This document shows positions 34,724 to 54,300 of a stretch of 64,000 nucleotides of DNA, piece after piece. Below the pieces are notes generated by a model that was given only the letters and a program-made list of their open reading frames with translations, made no database searches and was not told the DNA's origin. The position numbers and the translations under genes were made by a program. The stretch comes from Orbicella franksi. Taxonomy: Eukaryota. The first letter of the stretch is position 1. Every line of letters begins with the position of its first letter. The stretch lies in contig OZ116701.1 of NCBI GenBank assembly GCA_964199315.1, forward strand, positions 7,192,001-7,256,000, given 5' to 3'.

Positions 34724-34984
34724 TCTTGGAGAGCTGAGCAGTTACTTCAGTTATTCGACATCAGTAATCTAATTAGTCAAATGAGTTTCTCTTCTTATGT
34801 TAGAAGTAAACAAAAACATAAGCTTATCAAGTTAAAATTGTCTTTGGGACGCGCCATATTGAAACTCTTTCGCGCGATATCCCGTAGACCTTTGCGGTTT
34901 CTAAAAAAGTATACTTTTCATGGACTCTTACATGACCCATTAAGGATCACCATCTTAGGTTCTTGCATTTTCCAAAAGCAAAGA

Positions 34985-36915
34985 AGTAAGCTATTTTTTG
35001 CTGCTTTTTTCCTTTTAAATGTCACTGGATTCTAAGCTTATTCTTGTCTTTTGCTAATTTTCGGTTTACTTTCGATTTCAGTGGTAAAGTCAAAATCAAA
35101 GTAAGTGGCTAGTCTTTGCAAACCACACTACTGTAGGCGAGCCTCTAGGTTCACGGCTATGTTTGACGACCTTATTACGATTTGCTACAGTTGTGAGGGA
35201 TAATGTTAGCTGAAACCCCAGCTGCTTAAGTTTGAATCTTTTGCTTTACAGAAGAATACACAACCGTGTATTTGCACTCTAAGAGGAGTACAGTTTAATG
35301 CTTCGTTCTGCAAAGCACATGCGTTGCGTCTACCAGAGTGTTCTGCAATAATGCAGAAGACTTAAGAATGATATACTGAAATTGAAATTTCTACGGTAAT
35401 GTAGATGGGAAGTAGGGGTCTGTTGTTGAACTATGTCATATTCATTCACATTTACTCTTATCTCTTCACAATACAAAGTAATTCCTCAAGCAGGGGTAGG
35501 GGTTGGAGTGTTAGAGGGAACTTGGTACCAGTTCTTGAGACGTAGACCTACAGTTAAATACCCCTTTTTATGGTTAATTTGTCTTATTTAATTCAACGCG
35601 GATGCAAGGCAATTTCGGACAGACTACAAAACTGCCAGAAACTGCCTCACACCTCTTGGCAACTCAGTGTCTGAAAAGTTTCATACATGTCATGGATTTT
35701 CAGTATTGTGGGAAATCTCTCATAACACAAAACAGCATTCAAAGAACTCTGTTTACACATGTTGCACAGATCTTAGCATAACTGCAAATTTTGTGTTCTC
35801 CTCTGAAAGTTTTTCAATCTTGACTCTGTTATTTCTCTTTAGACGTATAATTGTACGCCTTGTTAGCATGGCTGGGACAGGGTATTACTACATGATGACA
35901 AGAAACAGACTTAAACCCAAGCTGGAGTTTATGAAACATGATCCTATTGGTAGGCAACAGTTTAAGAATCACATGTGTTCCAGACAAAGGAGAGTAAAAA
36001 TGCAACCAAACTGATACATGTACATGATCTGAAAAGCCAAAAGCAAATTTAAACCACTTGCACATACCTACCGGTGTTTGTGGGTCCAACATAGGTTTGG
36101 TGGGATGCAGGATAAGAGAAAAAATGAAGGCAGGATGTAGAATGACAGAAAATTTAATGGCAGGACACAGGATAAAAATACTTTGGTGGGAGCAGGATTT
36201 TCTCATTTTGATCAGGGAGATGCAGGTTATGGGATGATAACAGAAAATCATGTGTTATGTGGAGAACTGCATCTTCAACCAGGCCAGATCAAGAGAAACA
36301 TTCTGATTGTGGAAGGATTGAGCTAAAATAGAGGCCAGATGCAGGAGTGAAAAAGTCTATGTTGGACCCTCTTAGACTTCTCAGAAATGCTACTACTAAT
36401 TTTAAGCCTAAGCTGTCAGCTCCTACTGGATGTATAGACCAAATGGTATTCTACATATATTTATTCATAATTAGAATATTGCATATCCATGGTAAGGAAA
36501 TCTCTCAGGCAAATTGTGAAGCCTCTGGAAATATCTATAATTATGTGAAAACTGTTTTGTCACAAAAAATACAAAAAGCAAAAAGAAAACAATTTATCTG
36601 CCATTTGTTTAGTCAGTTTTCTGTGGCAGTAGTCTGTATTGTGAGAATTTAGGGACGCTTCACATTTGGAAAATAACTGAATTGACAAAAATCAGATTAA
36701 ACATTTTGGCTGTTTAAATGGGATAATATGGAGCTACCTAATAATAATTATATATTAACAAAGACTGACTGTCTGATGGAGGGACAGACAGACAGACAGA
36801 CAGAAAACATTATTCTGATATAAATCTTGTTTACCATGTCACATCCCTTTTTTGTTCCCTAGTGAACAAGCATGTGCTATTTGTGGAACAAAAGGTCAAG
36901 AAGGGCAAGCAATAA
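34985..36915 (+). CDS. MRPL33: Mitochondrial ribosomal protein bL33m, 59 aa
   Basis: Exons ...34985 (A of ATG), 35082-35100, 35843-35949, 36863-36915 give MVKSKSKRIIVRLVSMAGTGYYYMMTRNRLKPKLEFMKHDPIVNKHVLFVEQKVKKGKQ*. L33 motifs VRLVSxAGTG and KHDP..VLF.E. The start-codon assignment is inferred. Confidence 0.88.
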
Positions 36916-37841
36916 GCACTGGAAACATAGACAGACAACATAGAAACATTCATATATGCAGAATAAGCTAGCATCATCATCTTAAAACTTTGGACGTGTG
37001 CCTCAAGCAGCAGAAAAGAAAATATATCCATAGTGTTTGAGGATTGCCATGTTACCACAAGATGTTATTTAACAAAGCAAAGATATATACACCTGAGACT
37101 AAAGAATTTTTTTATTCTTGGTAATTTAACATAGTGAAATGCAAGGACCATATCTAGGTTATCAATGAATAATTCATGAACTGGTTTTCAGTACTCTAAG
37201 AGTGTGTGATTAACCAGGATCCTAGGTATACAATAGTAATCTGTGAAGTTTTGTAAAGATTGTTTATATTCAATACTTTCAATGCCACTTATCTGTAACA
37301 TGAACACTAAGTGTGATATATATGAACAATAATCTCCATTAATTTGGTGCGAAAATATGCTCAGATATTTGTCCGCAGACATTATCTGCTCTAAGAAGCA
37401 AACAATTTTCTGCGAGTGTAGCTTGAAGAAATCTGTGAGCTTTGAGGAACAGATAATGTCCAAGGACGCTTATCCTAGCATATTTTCATGCCAAATAGAG
37501 GCTGTGTTTATTATCCTTCAAGTATTTTTTGCAACATGTGCAGTTTTTAAAATTGGGGAATATCACTCGGATATTCGTCAGCATTAACTGCGGCATATTT
37601 AGTTGTGTGACGTGTTTAGACCAATCATGTGCAAGCAAAATATTTGGAATAGTTTAAGTCAAAGCCAGCCTCCCTTTAGTGTGTGAGAACTTCACTCTTT
37701 GCCATTTTTTGCAAGCCCAGGCAGCATGAAAAGCATTTAACTCCTAAACCCTAGCAGGTGAAACCTTGCTTAAAGCAGCTATTTAAAATAAGAGCTATTC
37801 AGGAGTACTTCATTTGGTATTGTTCATTGTTGCTTCATTCA

Positions 37842-37872
<31 letters not shown>

Positions 37873-39761
37873 GGACACTTTAGTCACAATTTAATTCCAT
37901 TCATCGGTAATTACTTCGAAACCTAGAAATATATACAGGTGCAAACAAACATGAAACTAAATGAAGAAAAGCAAAGTGAAGTTCGATGCCTCATGACTAA
38001 CACTTACCCAGTAGCTCAAGAGAGTTATAGCAAAACAAAACTACAACTCAAAATCTACAGTAACCATTACAAGAACGCTGATTGCGAAAAACTGATAGAA
38101 TATGCTAATACGTTAACTGCAATTATTCATGCATATCTAAGCATGTGCAGGCTCAAAATAACACTTTCTTTTGTGAACGAAACAATCATGCTTTTTCAAA
38201 CTCATAAATAATTTATCAAAGTGATGACCATGACAGTGTTTGGATGTCTGATCTCAATTAGCACAGTTTTTTTTCTCCCGCGTTTTAGTTTCGATTGAGA
38301 CAATAATATTGAACACTCAAGACAGTGTTTGAAGTTTGTCAAATATACTCTGCTGCACATCATACTTTCAACTCTCCACTCCATCTTTGAAAATGTGGTC
38401 TTTTGTGTTTATATATTATATACAAGGTTCAAATTGTTGTTGATAGCTTTCAAAGACACACACTTTTGTGATTTGTAAGAAAGGAACTTGACACAAATTT
38501 AATTTAAGCTCCATGTTTATTATGAACAGTTAAAGTTTCTGAGAAAATAAGATTAAACTAACTAGTGCTGAGTCTCATTCCATTAGTTATTTTTAATCAA
38601 TACCACCTCCTACCCAGCACAGTACCTGTTTTTTGTAGGAAGCCATTTAAATCTAAATTTTTAAGTAGATTTAGACCAAAATATTATATGTCAGTGACCA
38701 ACATCATCATCAACATTATTCATGGTAGAATCTTACAGGGATTCAAAATATTTATCTCTGCCATCTAGGCTATTCACTGCACTCACACCAACAAGAAAAA
38801 AAATACCCACAATCTTATTTGTTGCTGTTTACATCAATTCAATGTCAAACAGAGACCTATTGCAATTCAAAACAGCGTAATTAAGAGATACATGATCATC
38901 TTGTTGAACTGTAATTTAAATTCTCATAACTGGTACAAAAGTAGAAAATAATGTTTTAAAAAATCAATTCATCTCTAAGGAACATTTTTCTGTCATTGAT
39001 GATATTATAAAAATCACACTTTATCATTCATTGCCCTGTATAAATTTTATTTATTATTTATTAATCCTAATAGTGATTTTGGAGGCAGGCAGGCTTTTAG
39101 CCAGGATTTGAGGAGTGGGTGTCCAAAACGTGCTGTAAGGGAACAATTTAAAAAGCAACATGAAAATTACAACACTTTTCTTTAGAAAGTGGGAGTCCAC
39201 AGGATGCCTGGACACCCATCTGGCTAAAAGCTTATTTAAGATTAAAAGATTATGTCATGTTGTGACAAGAAACCATCAGATGCTGTTAATTACAGGAGTC
39301 CAAAAATATTTATTAGTATTAAATCTCCTGATGAGTAGTGATGGATACTGAGACATGCCTTGTATCTGAGTGTTCATAAATGTGACAGAAGTGAACAGAA
39401 ACAAGGCAAATCAAACTTTGTTCATTACAGGAACAAATGAAATGGTAGATGTAATAACAAAGTGTCCCCACTGCAGAGGTAATAATAATTACGAAATTCA
39501 ACTCAGTTTCTCTGGGACCAAGTGAACTGCTCGTACCATAAAGGTGCCCACAAGGATGGGTTTGGCTGTATCTAGACAACCAATGTGCTGTCCATTGTTC
39601 TCTTTCACCTGAAGACATTCCTTAAAAGCTGCTATGTACATCAGTACTCAACTCCACAAACAGCTATAATATTTAGAGCGATACATAATAATAATTATAA
39701 TATTATTATTATTACTGAAAATAATATAATTTGTTCTTGATTATTATAAGACTTCTGAAGT

Positions 39762-45137
<5,376 letters not shown>

Positions 45138-45390
45138 TTTGAAAGAAAGCGGAGCCGGAAAACCGGAAGCGCAATCTCCCACGCCAGCAGAAGACTGGGA
45201 ATACCGGAAATAAGGTACTCATGTTTGTAGCCGCTGATTGTTGTGTTTGCGGTAGGGTAGATGGCCTCGTTTTCGTTCAAGAATCGTTCAGAAGCTTTCA
45301 GGAGCTATTTCACAGGATAGAGAAGATTTCGAAGATTGCTGTGAATTTCTGATGTGTTTTGAACTTTTCCTTTGAGATGACAGAGATATA
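45138..45390. promoter_or_regulatory. Bidirectional promoter of RBKS/ACTR10 with three ETS-type CCGGAA motifs
   Basis: 253 bp between the opposing ATGs; CCGGAA at 45155, 45163 and 45204; YY1-like AAAATGGCG over the RBKS start. Confidence 0.65.
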
Positions 45391-48300
45391 ATGCCTTTGT
45401 TTGACGTTATTGGACTTGGGGGAGAAAAGCATGCTGTTGTTATCGACATTGGGGCAGCCTATACAAAGTAAGAAGGGTCTTATATTGAGTACACAGTAAG
45501 CTTTACAACGACACCCAGCCTTTATTTTAGCAACAGACCGCTCAGATTTCTATGGGTTTATCGGCGCAATAAACCCACGCGGGTTGTTGTTATAAGCTCA
45601 TATATAGCTGATCATGTTCTGGGTAGCTATAGCTGTTGTACTTTAACTGTTTTACTGTGCAATAATTTTTTTAAATTACAAATCCACCACTGGGTCACAT
45701 TTGACAATTACTCTCTGAATTGTACAAAGGATAGTTCAGGTACTAATTAAGCCTATCAACATCAAAATAGGCTATATTCGTTTTCTTGGTATTGGAGTAG
45801 AATTAGCGTACAATGGAGGCTCGTGTAGGTGAGTATCATTAAAACGAGATTAATATCATTTGCATTTGAAAAGACTCCCCATGTAAGCCTTAGTTGCAAG
45901 CTAGTTCCAGTCCAGTACCGACAGTACAAATATGGCCTATTCAAGTTTGGAAATACTTTGAGAACTGCTTTTAAGTGGAGAACTGGGGGGCAACAACAAT
46001 AAGGCGCATGCAGTTAACCTGCAAATGCTGTAGATTTCTATAATTCCAGGTATCCAATTTCAGAAAGCTGAAAATGGACACCCAGATGATTTTACACCAA
46101 TTACATCACAAATAGAGATGCAGAGAACCAATCACAATCAATAATTAAATAGGTCAGCAACTTGGGAATGTCAAGGTTATATGATATATTTTGACTGAGA
46201 ATTCATGAACCTGAAAGCTGTACTAATTACTGGCACACCGTCTGTGACTGTCAGTAGCAGCCTTGGAAACTTGGTAGTAGTAGTAAAACACCATTAACAG
46301 TAAGTAAGGAAGAGTAAATTGCTTGTCTGCTCTTAAGGACAGGCACAATCAATAACATATTTGTCTATAAGTCCACATCAGTCCTCTGGAACTTGTGGAC
46401 ACATCTGTTTGCCGCACCCTGTTATTAATAATATTGCATGTCGTCAAACACACAATAAATGGAGAGGTACCATTTATAAATAATATTGCTTACACCTCAA
46501 GTGATTATTATCAGTATTGTTGTCTTAGTTTTAATCTTTAAATAAAGATGTTATGCTTTTGTATTCAGATGTGGTTTTGCTTCAGAGACAAGTCCTCGTC
46601 ACATCATTCGCAGTGTCGTCACACACACAATAAATGGAGAGGTACCATTTATAATTAATATTGCTTACGGTACACCTCAAGTGAAATTTTCAAAGTCTTA
46701 TAGCCAATTGCATTGGAATCACAATTTTTTGAACCTCCTCAGGGCTCAAAAAAATACACATGTAAATTTTTCTGCCAGGCAAGTTATTTTTCATTTTCAC
46801 TTTCCCAATGGTCAAGGACCCAGGCAAGTCATTGGCAAACTAAAACACAATAAAAGTAAACTAATCTTGACTTTCCCAGGGCAGGAAAAATTTGAGAGCT
46901 ACATGCTCTGAAGGGCAAGTTGGAATTCAAGTTTTTCAAGCCCTTTTTCAAGCCCTGCTCCTAGGGAAACGAACATTAGTTTGAAAAGTTGTGTACAATT
47001 TCAAAAATTGGGGTAAATTACAGTTATTGAGAGGTTTGAAAAATCAAGTCCTGATTTAAAAAATGACAGGATTACACTGTATTTGGAAGTTTCCAAAATA
47101 CAACCTGTTGATTTTCATTTTGCACACAATGGTTTGTGGTTTTTTCCCTATTCAGATAGAAACAGTGAATGTTATTGCCAATGAACAAGATAGAAGGCCT
47201 GATGAATTGTATGCTATCCTTAGAGACTTTCTCCACCAAGTGTACTTCAGGTAAGGCCAAACTAGCATGCAAAACAATAATTGTTTTGCATGCTAGTAGA
47301 TTATTGTTAAGAAATAGAAAACGTATTGCATTTCTATCGTGCTGAGAAACACGAGTGGAAGTTTGGGAGAATGAGAATTGAGCATTGTGGGAACATGAGC
47401 TGAGAGGCGAGCGTTTCCACAGCTTTCTTGAGTTTCTGTCGAGTTACAGAAACATGATTTTAAACCATTTTATCAGCACATATTTAGACTCTTTGCACTA
47501 TTTTCTAATTTCTTTTGATGAGTTGAATTAAATATAATCAAGCAGGTGAACAGAGTAGGATATGTGAATGAACACTTAAAATTACAAAGTTCATGGAGTA
47601 TTGCAAGTCATACACTTGCAATTGAACCCTGTTAATTCAGACATTACAGAGACTATCAGGGTTGCCAAATGTCAGAAAAAATGTTTAGGAAAATATTTGC
47701 CAGTTCAGGGAAAACTCACTGACAGGGAATTTAGCACATTAGGCAACTGATCAAATAAATGAACATTATTTAAAATAATGATATAAACAAGTGAATATTA
47801 AGGTTAAGAGCCGACATTTCAGCATTATCGTGACACCATTCTCAAGACAAAGTGAATAGACTAATGCGAAGATTTGAAGATCATATTTATTTAATTTATT
47901 CACTTTGTCTTGAGAATGGTATCACAATGACTCTGAAACGTCAGCCATTAACCTTAATATTCACTTGTTTATGTTTTAAAAGGTTGTTATTGTTCAAGAC
48001 TTTAAAATAATAATAATAAAATAAAAAATAATTTGGACTAACTTAGGGAAAAGTCAGAAATTATTTGTTTCAATTTGAAGATTGAGTGTTACTGATTATA
48101 ACAAAATTTTGAAGCATAAATTGTGTACATGTACTTAAGGTTAAAATAAAACAAAAGTTACCTTTTCCCATATCAGGTACCTTCTTGTTAACCCACGTGA
48201 CAGAAGAGTGGTTATTTGCGAGTCTGTGCTTTGCTCAACTCTTTGGAGGAATACAATTGCAAAAGTTCTTTTCAAGCACTTTGAGGTATAAAATTGTGAT

Positions 48301-51300
48301 TTAATTCTACAATGAAAGAGATCTTTTAATAATTCATCTTTCTTTTCTATAATTTATATAAACACTTGGTGGAAAATTGTGTAAAATATGCATATTTATA
48401 AAAACAAATTAAAATGTTTCTTCATGTTATCCATGTATTTGATTTAATATGTATTTGCCATATCAGAGGTCTGTAGCTAATCCCAGTTGTTGCCTTTGTT
48501 TTGTCTTTTTGAAAATCTGTGCAGTTTACAAATTAATGTACATGTACTATCATTGCCAGTGCTTCATTTCACCCAAGTGAACAAATCTCTTGACAGACAG
48601 TATATAATGGTATTCACTTGTGTTATGAGAGTCGAAAAATAATTGGTCTAGCATTACAATGCCATATGATTGGCTTAAAAAAGTCGCACCACTTTTTCAT
48701 CCAATCAGAATTTAAACCAAACCAATAACCAATCGTTCGTTTATGTTTTTCCGCTTTTCACATGAGCTACTTTCGTAAGTTCAAGTTTTGATTTGTTCAT
48801 TGGATTGTTTGTGTCTTTTGTGATAGGCCAGAGTGATAACTTTGGTCTTGGTTTTACAACACTCAGTTGAAACCGCTCGTCTCAAACTCATTAATAATTC
48901 ATTAAGTTCAAACAAAGGAAATCATGATCGTGACAGTGTTTGGATATCTGATCTTAATTAGCATAGATTTTAACAATTATATTTCTCTGTTTTCTCCTTA
49001 GTTTTAGTCTTGATTGAGAAGATATATCAAATACTCAAGATAGTGTTTGACCACATTTCCAAACACCTCTAAGTTCGCCAAAAATACTCTGCTGCGCATC
49101 GTATTTTCAACCCTCTTCTCAGTGTTTAGAGATGTGGTCAAACACAGTCTTTTGTGTTTGATATATTACATGGCTAGGAAGCTGGACAAGTTAGCCTCAA
49201 CCTAATACACTGATTATCAGGCTACACCTACTTCTCTCTCTTTTAACCATTTATTTTGTTACAATTTGAACAGGTTCCATCATTATTGTTTGCGCCCCAT
49301 CACCTGTTGGCACTATTTACTCTTGGAGTACCTTCAGGCCTGGTCTTAGACTGTGGCCTTACAGAAACAGCTGTCTTACCAATATCCTTTTAATATGTAA
49401 TATAGATAGGACCCTGTCCGCCCTCTGATTGGTCAAAAACCCATGTTTTATCAGAGTATAAAACATAGAAAAAGCTTGTTTTACTGAGTCTATATCATAA
49501 AGCAAATGAAGAAGCCTAAGCTGTGTATTACACTGTGATAAAACACTCTGGACATTTGAGAACACTCAAAAAATGTAGAAAACACTCGCCCGCAGCTCAT
49601 GTTTCCTACATTTCCCTCATGTTCTCAAATGCCTGTCGTGCTTTATTACAGTGTAACACACAGCTTAGGCTTCTTTATTTGTTAAATATGTACATCAATA
49701 CTTCTGGAAAACTCAGGGCTGTGCTCTAGAAGCGAGTGGGTGCCACAGGCGACTAAATTTTGCCTTTCGGTGACTGGAAAAACCTACTTTTCTTATATAT
49801 GCTTATAATAAATGATGGGCACACAGGATTTCATTGTTGGGAACCTTTGGGCTCCTCATGAATTTTTTTATACCAGAACCTTGAAACAGTAAATTTCATT
49901 ATAATCTATCGTGAATGTTTTTGTTGGCATGTGAAGTGATTGGTCTAAACACATTGTCATGGGATTAAATATGCGCCAGCTGAAACTGAGGAATATCTGA
50001 GTGATCCTGCCTGTTAATGCTGCCAAAAATATTTGTAGGAACAAACACAGTAGTCTCCATCTGTCGTTAAAAATATTCTTGTAATGAATATTTGTTCTTG
50101 GGCATTATCTGTTCCTTAAAGCTCGCAGTTTTCCTCATGCTTTGCTGTCAGAAAAACTGTTTGCTTCTTGGAACAGATAATGTCTGCAGACAAATATCCA
50201 AGCATATTTCTGTGCCAAATAGAGGTTATAATTGTTTATTTATTAGCAAGTTCCAATCAGAAACCTTTCTATGGGCACCTGACAGAGTCTGTCATCAATT
50301 TAGAAATTAATTGGTAAACTCATATATGTACCAAGGTATTTATTTGTTTGATATTTATTTTAAATTATATATAGCTGGAATTTGAACGAGATCAAGTTTT
50401 AATGTAGCAGAAAGTCAACATAATCCCTTCTCCAGATGAATTGGACTTTTCATGTTTATTTAGAAGTTGTATTACTTGACTCATTTTTGCTTCTGCCATC
50501 ACATCTATGAAGGGATGGCCATTCTGAAGGCTGTTGAAACAATTCCCCTAGGATCACAAGCCATTCACAAGTAAGATTAACTTATAGCTCTTTCTTCCAA
50601 GCATTGACAGAAGTGTCTGTTAAGCCCTGGCCAAATGGACTCGCAAGTATTATTGGAAAGACTTAGTAAAAAAAAATGTACAGTATTTTATGTGACAATG
50701 AACATTTTGCAATTTCAGGTACTTAGAAAAGCAGCTTATGGATAGAAGTCTTGTGCAAATAGAAACTGGAATAAAACCTTTGTCATCTGTTATGAGTGAG
50801 TAAACTCTGTCATAGCTCAGGCTGATATTATTATAGATAATTATTAAGATTTTAAAAAACACACCAGTCATGAACCTGTGGGAGGTGCAGTGGCCTCATG
50901 GTTAGTGCCCTCCACTCCAGATCAAGCGATCCAGCCCTGGCCGGGGACATTGTGTTGTGTTCTTGGGCAAGACACTTTACTCTTGCAGTACCTCTCTCCA
51001 CCCAGGTGTACATTGTACATGTATAAATGGCCATCCAGGGGGAAGTAGAAATACTCCTAGTCACCTCATGTGACAGAAACTGGTATTAAAGCTCAGGCCT
51101 GATGAGCCGCTTGGCTCGTATGCAAACATTACATTTACCCTAGTCATGAACCTACTGTTGCAAACTTGAACTGTGTAAGTTTGGCTTGAAGCTGTGTAGT
51201 TTAAAACAGTGATTGTGACAATGATGTGGTGTTTCATAAATTTGGGGTTGCTCTTAAATCTAGAAATTGATTTTTTTGCCGCTAATGTCTTGTAAGAAGA

Positions 51301-54300
51301 GTGTATCCAACCTCTTGAGAAAATTAGTAAAAGTAAAAAACATAAGTCACTGAGTGATGATTTGTTATTTAAATGATTTTTCAGATGCTGTTGAAACGGA
51401 AACTTTGGAAGATATCAAAGGTAAACTTGTCATTCAAGACAAGTGACTTCTTTGACCTGGTCACTACTCAAGACCTGTTTTGCTCTTTCAACTGGCAGAA
51501 GTGCAAAAATAAATAAGGAACAGTTCTTTTGATCTGGACAGTCCAGAAAGTGAACCTATTGAGTGGGAAAAATTCTCCTTTTATTAGTTAATTATTAACT
51601 GACTGACTGACGAACTGACAACAGACAGACAGACACAGACAGATAGACTAGTAGACAGACAGAAACATACCCTTATGGGTGAACTTTATTTTTACAAACA
51701 CAATAAAATGTTCATGAAGAATTTTTGTCTTGCACCCTTGTCAATGCAACTCATGGAAGGCTTGACTGATCGTCTGTCATCTTATTTGTAATGTTCAGAG
51801 AATTGGTCATAGATCAGCAGGGCCAGATTGATCTCCCAGCTACGAGTTACACATCATCTACTCTGTGTGTTTTGAACATTGTTATGGTTGCTCTGTAGTG
51901 CGTACCTGCTTTGTGGCACCAAAGTTCAGTGGCCCAGAGGGAGAACCACGGCCAGCATCACAGGTGCCAAAGGTTGATTATCCACTTGATGGTGGAAGGA
52001 TACTCAGAATTGAAGGTCAAATCAGGTAAAATAGACAGGACAGGATGTACTGAGATTGTGTAAGGAATATGCTCAAAACACAACCTATTTGACTATAAAT
52101 AAATTGTCTAATTAATAAGCAAAAAGTCCCTTGCCTGAAGTACTTGCTTTTCACTTTTTCATTTTTACTTTTAGCCGTAACCCCCTGGGGTATTGGGCCA
52201 GGAATTTTAGCTGGTTATTTTTGTTTAAAGTGGCTTACTACAGTTTTGATGGATTATAACAGCCCAACTTCTAACTCTTTTGAAAAATGTTCCAAGATGT
52301 TTTTCCTTTCTCTATTTGCTGTTTACTTAAGTCTTTTACCATTCTATGTGAAACTTGAACAATTGCATGTAAATGTCAACAAATGGCCAAAATGAACGAC
52401 CGAGTGCTTAAGGAGAGACTGGGCACTAGTAGGTTAAATCACATTTTTCTCAAAATCTACCCATATGACCCCACCTCAAACTTTCAGGGATAAGAAATTG
52501 GCTCTGACTTAACATTCATGCAAAGTAAAAAAAAAATCTGTAAGACAGATTTTTTGCAAACTAAGAAAATGTGAAATCAAAAATAGCTCAAAATGTCTTG
52601 CAGATTTTTTATTTTACTTTGCATGAATGTTAAATAAGAGCCAATTTCTTATTCCTGAAATTTTGAGGTGGGGTCATCCAAGTAGATTTTGAGAAAAATG
52701 TGAGTTAACCTACTAGTGCCCAGTCTCTCCTTGGGTACTCAGTCGTTCATTTTGGCCATTTGTTGATGTTTAATTGTGCAAGTTTCACATAGAATGGTAA
52801 AAGACTTAAGTAAACAGTAAAAAGAGAAAGGAAAAACATCTTGGAACATTTTTCAAAAGAGTTAGAAGTTGGGCTGTTATAATCCATCAAAACTGTAGTG
52901 AGCCACCTTAATAGTACAATGCTCATTAGCCTCCTTCGCAGCCATTATTAGGGTTGTCATGCAATGCTTCTCCCCCACTAGGGGAGAAGTGTTGTGCGAT
53001 GACCCTAATAAGGAGATTATTAAAAGGCTCATAGTCTTTGATTCACATGTAAAATCATTGATTTGACTACTCCTACTACTGGTAAGGTTAACAATTTCTT
53101 GATTACATGTATTTTAGATACACTGTATGTATAAGAATAATAGAGGCAGATGAGTCAGGGAGCATGCTAATGCCCAGAGTGACATGTATACAAATCTCAG
53201 TTGAAGGATAATATTGTTCTGCCTTGTTTACAGAGAACAGACATTTGATATTCTGTTTGATGGTGATGAGGAAGAAAAATCCATTGCAACATGTGTTTTG
53301 GATTCCATACTCAAGGTACATGGTGGACCCAATTTAATCTTTTACTTTTAAGTAATGCTCACAATATCATTGCATTTTTAGTAATAATTAAGTACATGTA
53401 CCTAATGTTTATAATGTCAACTTGGGTTTGTAGTGTCCTATTGACACCAGGAAAACTTTGGCAGAAAACATAGTTCTCATTGGAGGAACAGTTATGACAC
53501 CAGGGTTTAAGTAAGTCCCATTTTATCTTAGTACTAACTGTATTAGTATATCATTTTGTAGAGGTACATGTAAAGCTATACATATAATGCAAATAAAGAG
53601 TAAAATGTACATTACCACACAACAAATTGTGTTAATATTATAAGACGTAAGTTTCATATTAATTGTATTATTCAACCCTTCTGGTGGAGTACAAATAATA
53701 TTCCAAAACATATTTCAAATTCCCCCGCTATAAATAAATCTTATGCACCAGGAAACTGGCTACAGCAAGTTGGTTGCAGTTGCCTGAGCACATGCAATGA
53801 AAAACATAGTTCAAAGTTTTGTTTTGGAGAAATGAAGAACTGCATCCAGCTGCATGGAAGATGGGTGTCCAGGATGTCCAGGGGCCTCCACTGAGATCAG
53901 CCAGTCCCTAGATCATAAAAATCTTCCATGGCTGGCTGTCCTCACAACCCAACCATGAGCCCCCACCCACAGTCATCCAGGCACCCATCGCACTGAAATA
54001 ACAGTGGAAAAGGGATGGGGAGGGAGGGGCAGAGGAGGACTTGGATGTATCTTCCAAGGTTTTCTTTTCTGAAATACACATTTGAACTGCAGGTTGTCTG
54101 GAATTCACACCATGAGAAAAGAAAAGGGGAAAGGGGGTTTTACATAGATGATGATTATTTTAAGTTGACCGGTGTTTTGTATTTCTTTGGTCTAGGCACC
54201 GTCTTTTGCAAGAGATTTATTGTTTACTACAGTCACCTCGATACAAGGAGAACTTGTTTATTAAAACCATCAAAATGCATCGGACACCTGTCAGCCCTAA

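Noticed and set aside
31810-34772. Short alternative-frame and antisense ORFs within MLH3 exon 1 (and likewise within ZC2HC1C-like, 61252-62663)
   Set aside because: Shadows of long coding exons; no independent features.
34688-35035. 115-aa plus-strand ORF spanning the MLH3/MRPL33 promoter
   Set aside because: Begins inside MLH3 coding sequence and runs through MRPL33 intron 1; no recognisable protein.
39319-39618. 99-aa minus-strand ORF downstream of RBKS
   Set aside because: No domain or splice support; likely 3' UTR or intergenic.
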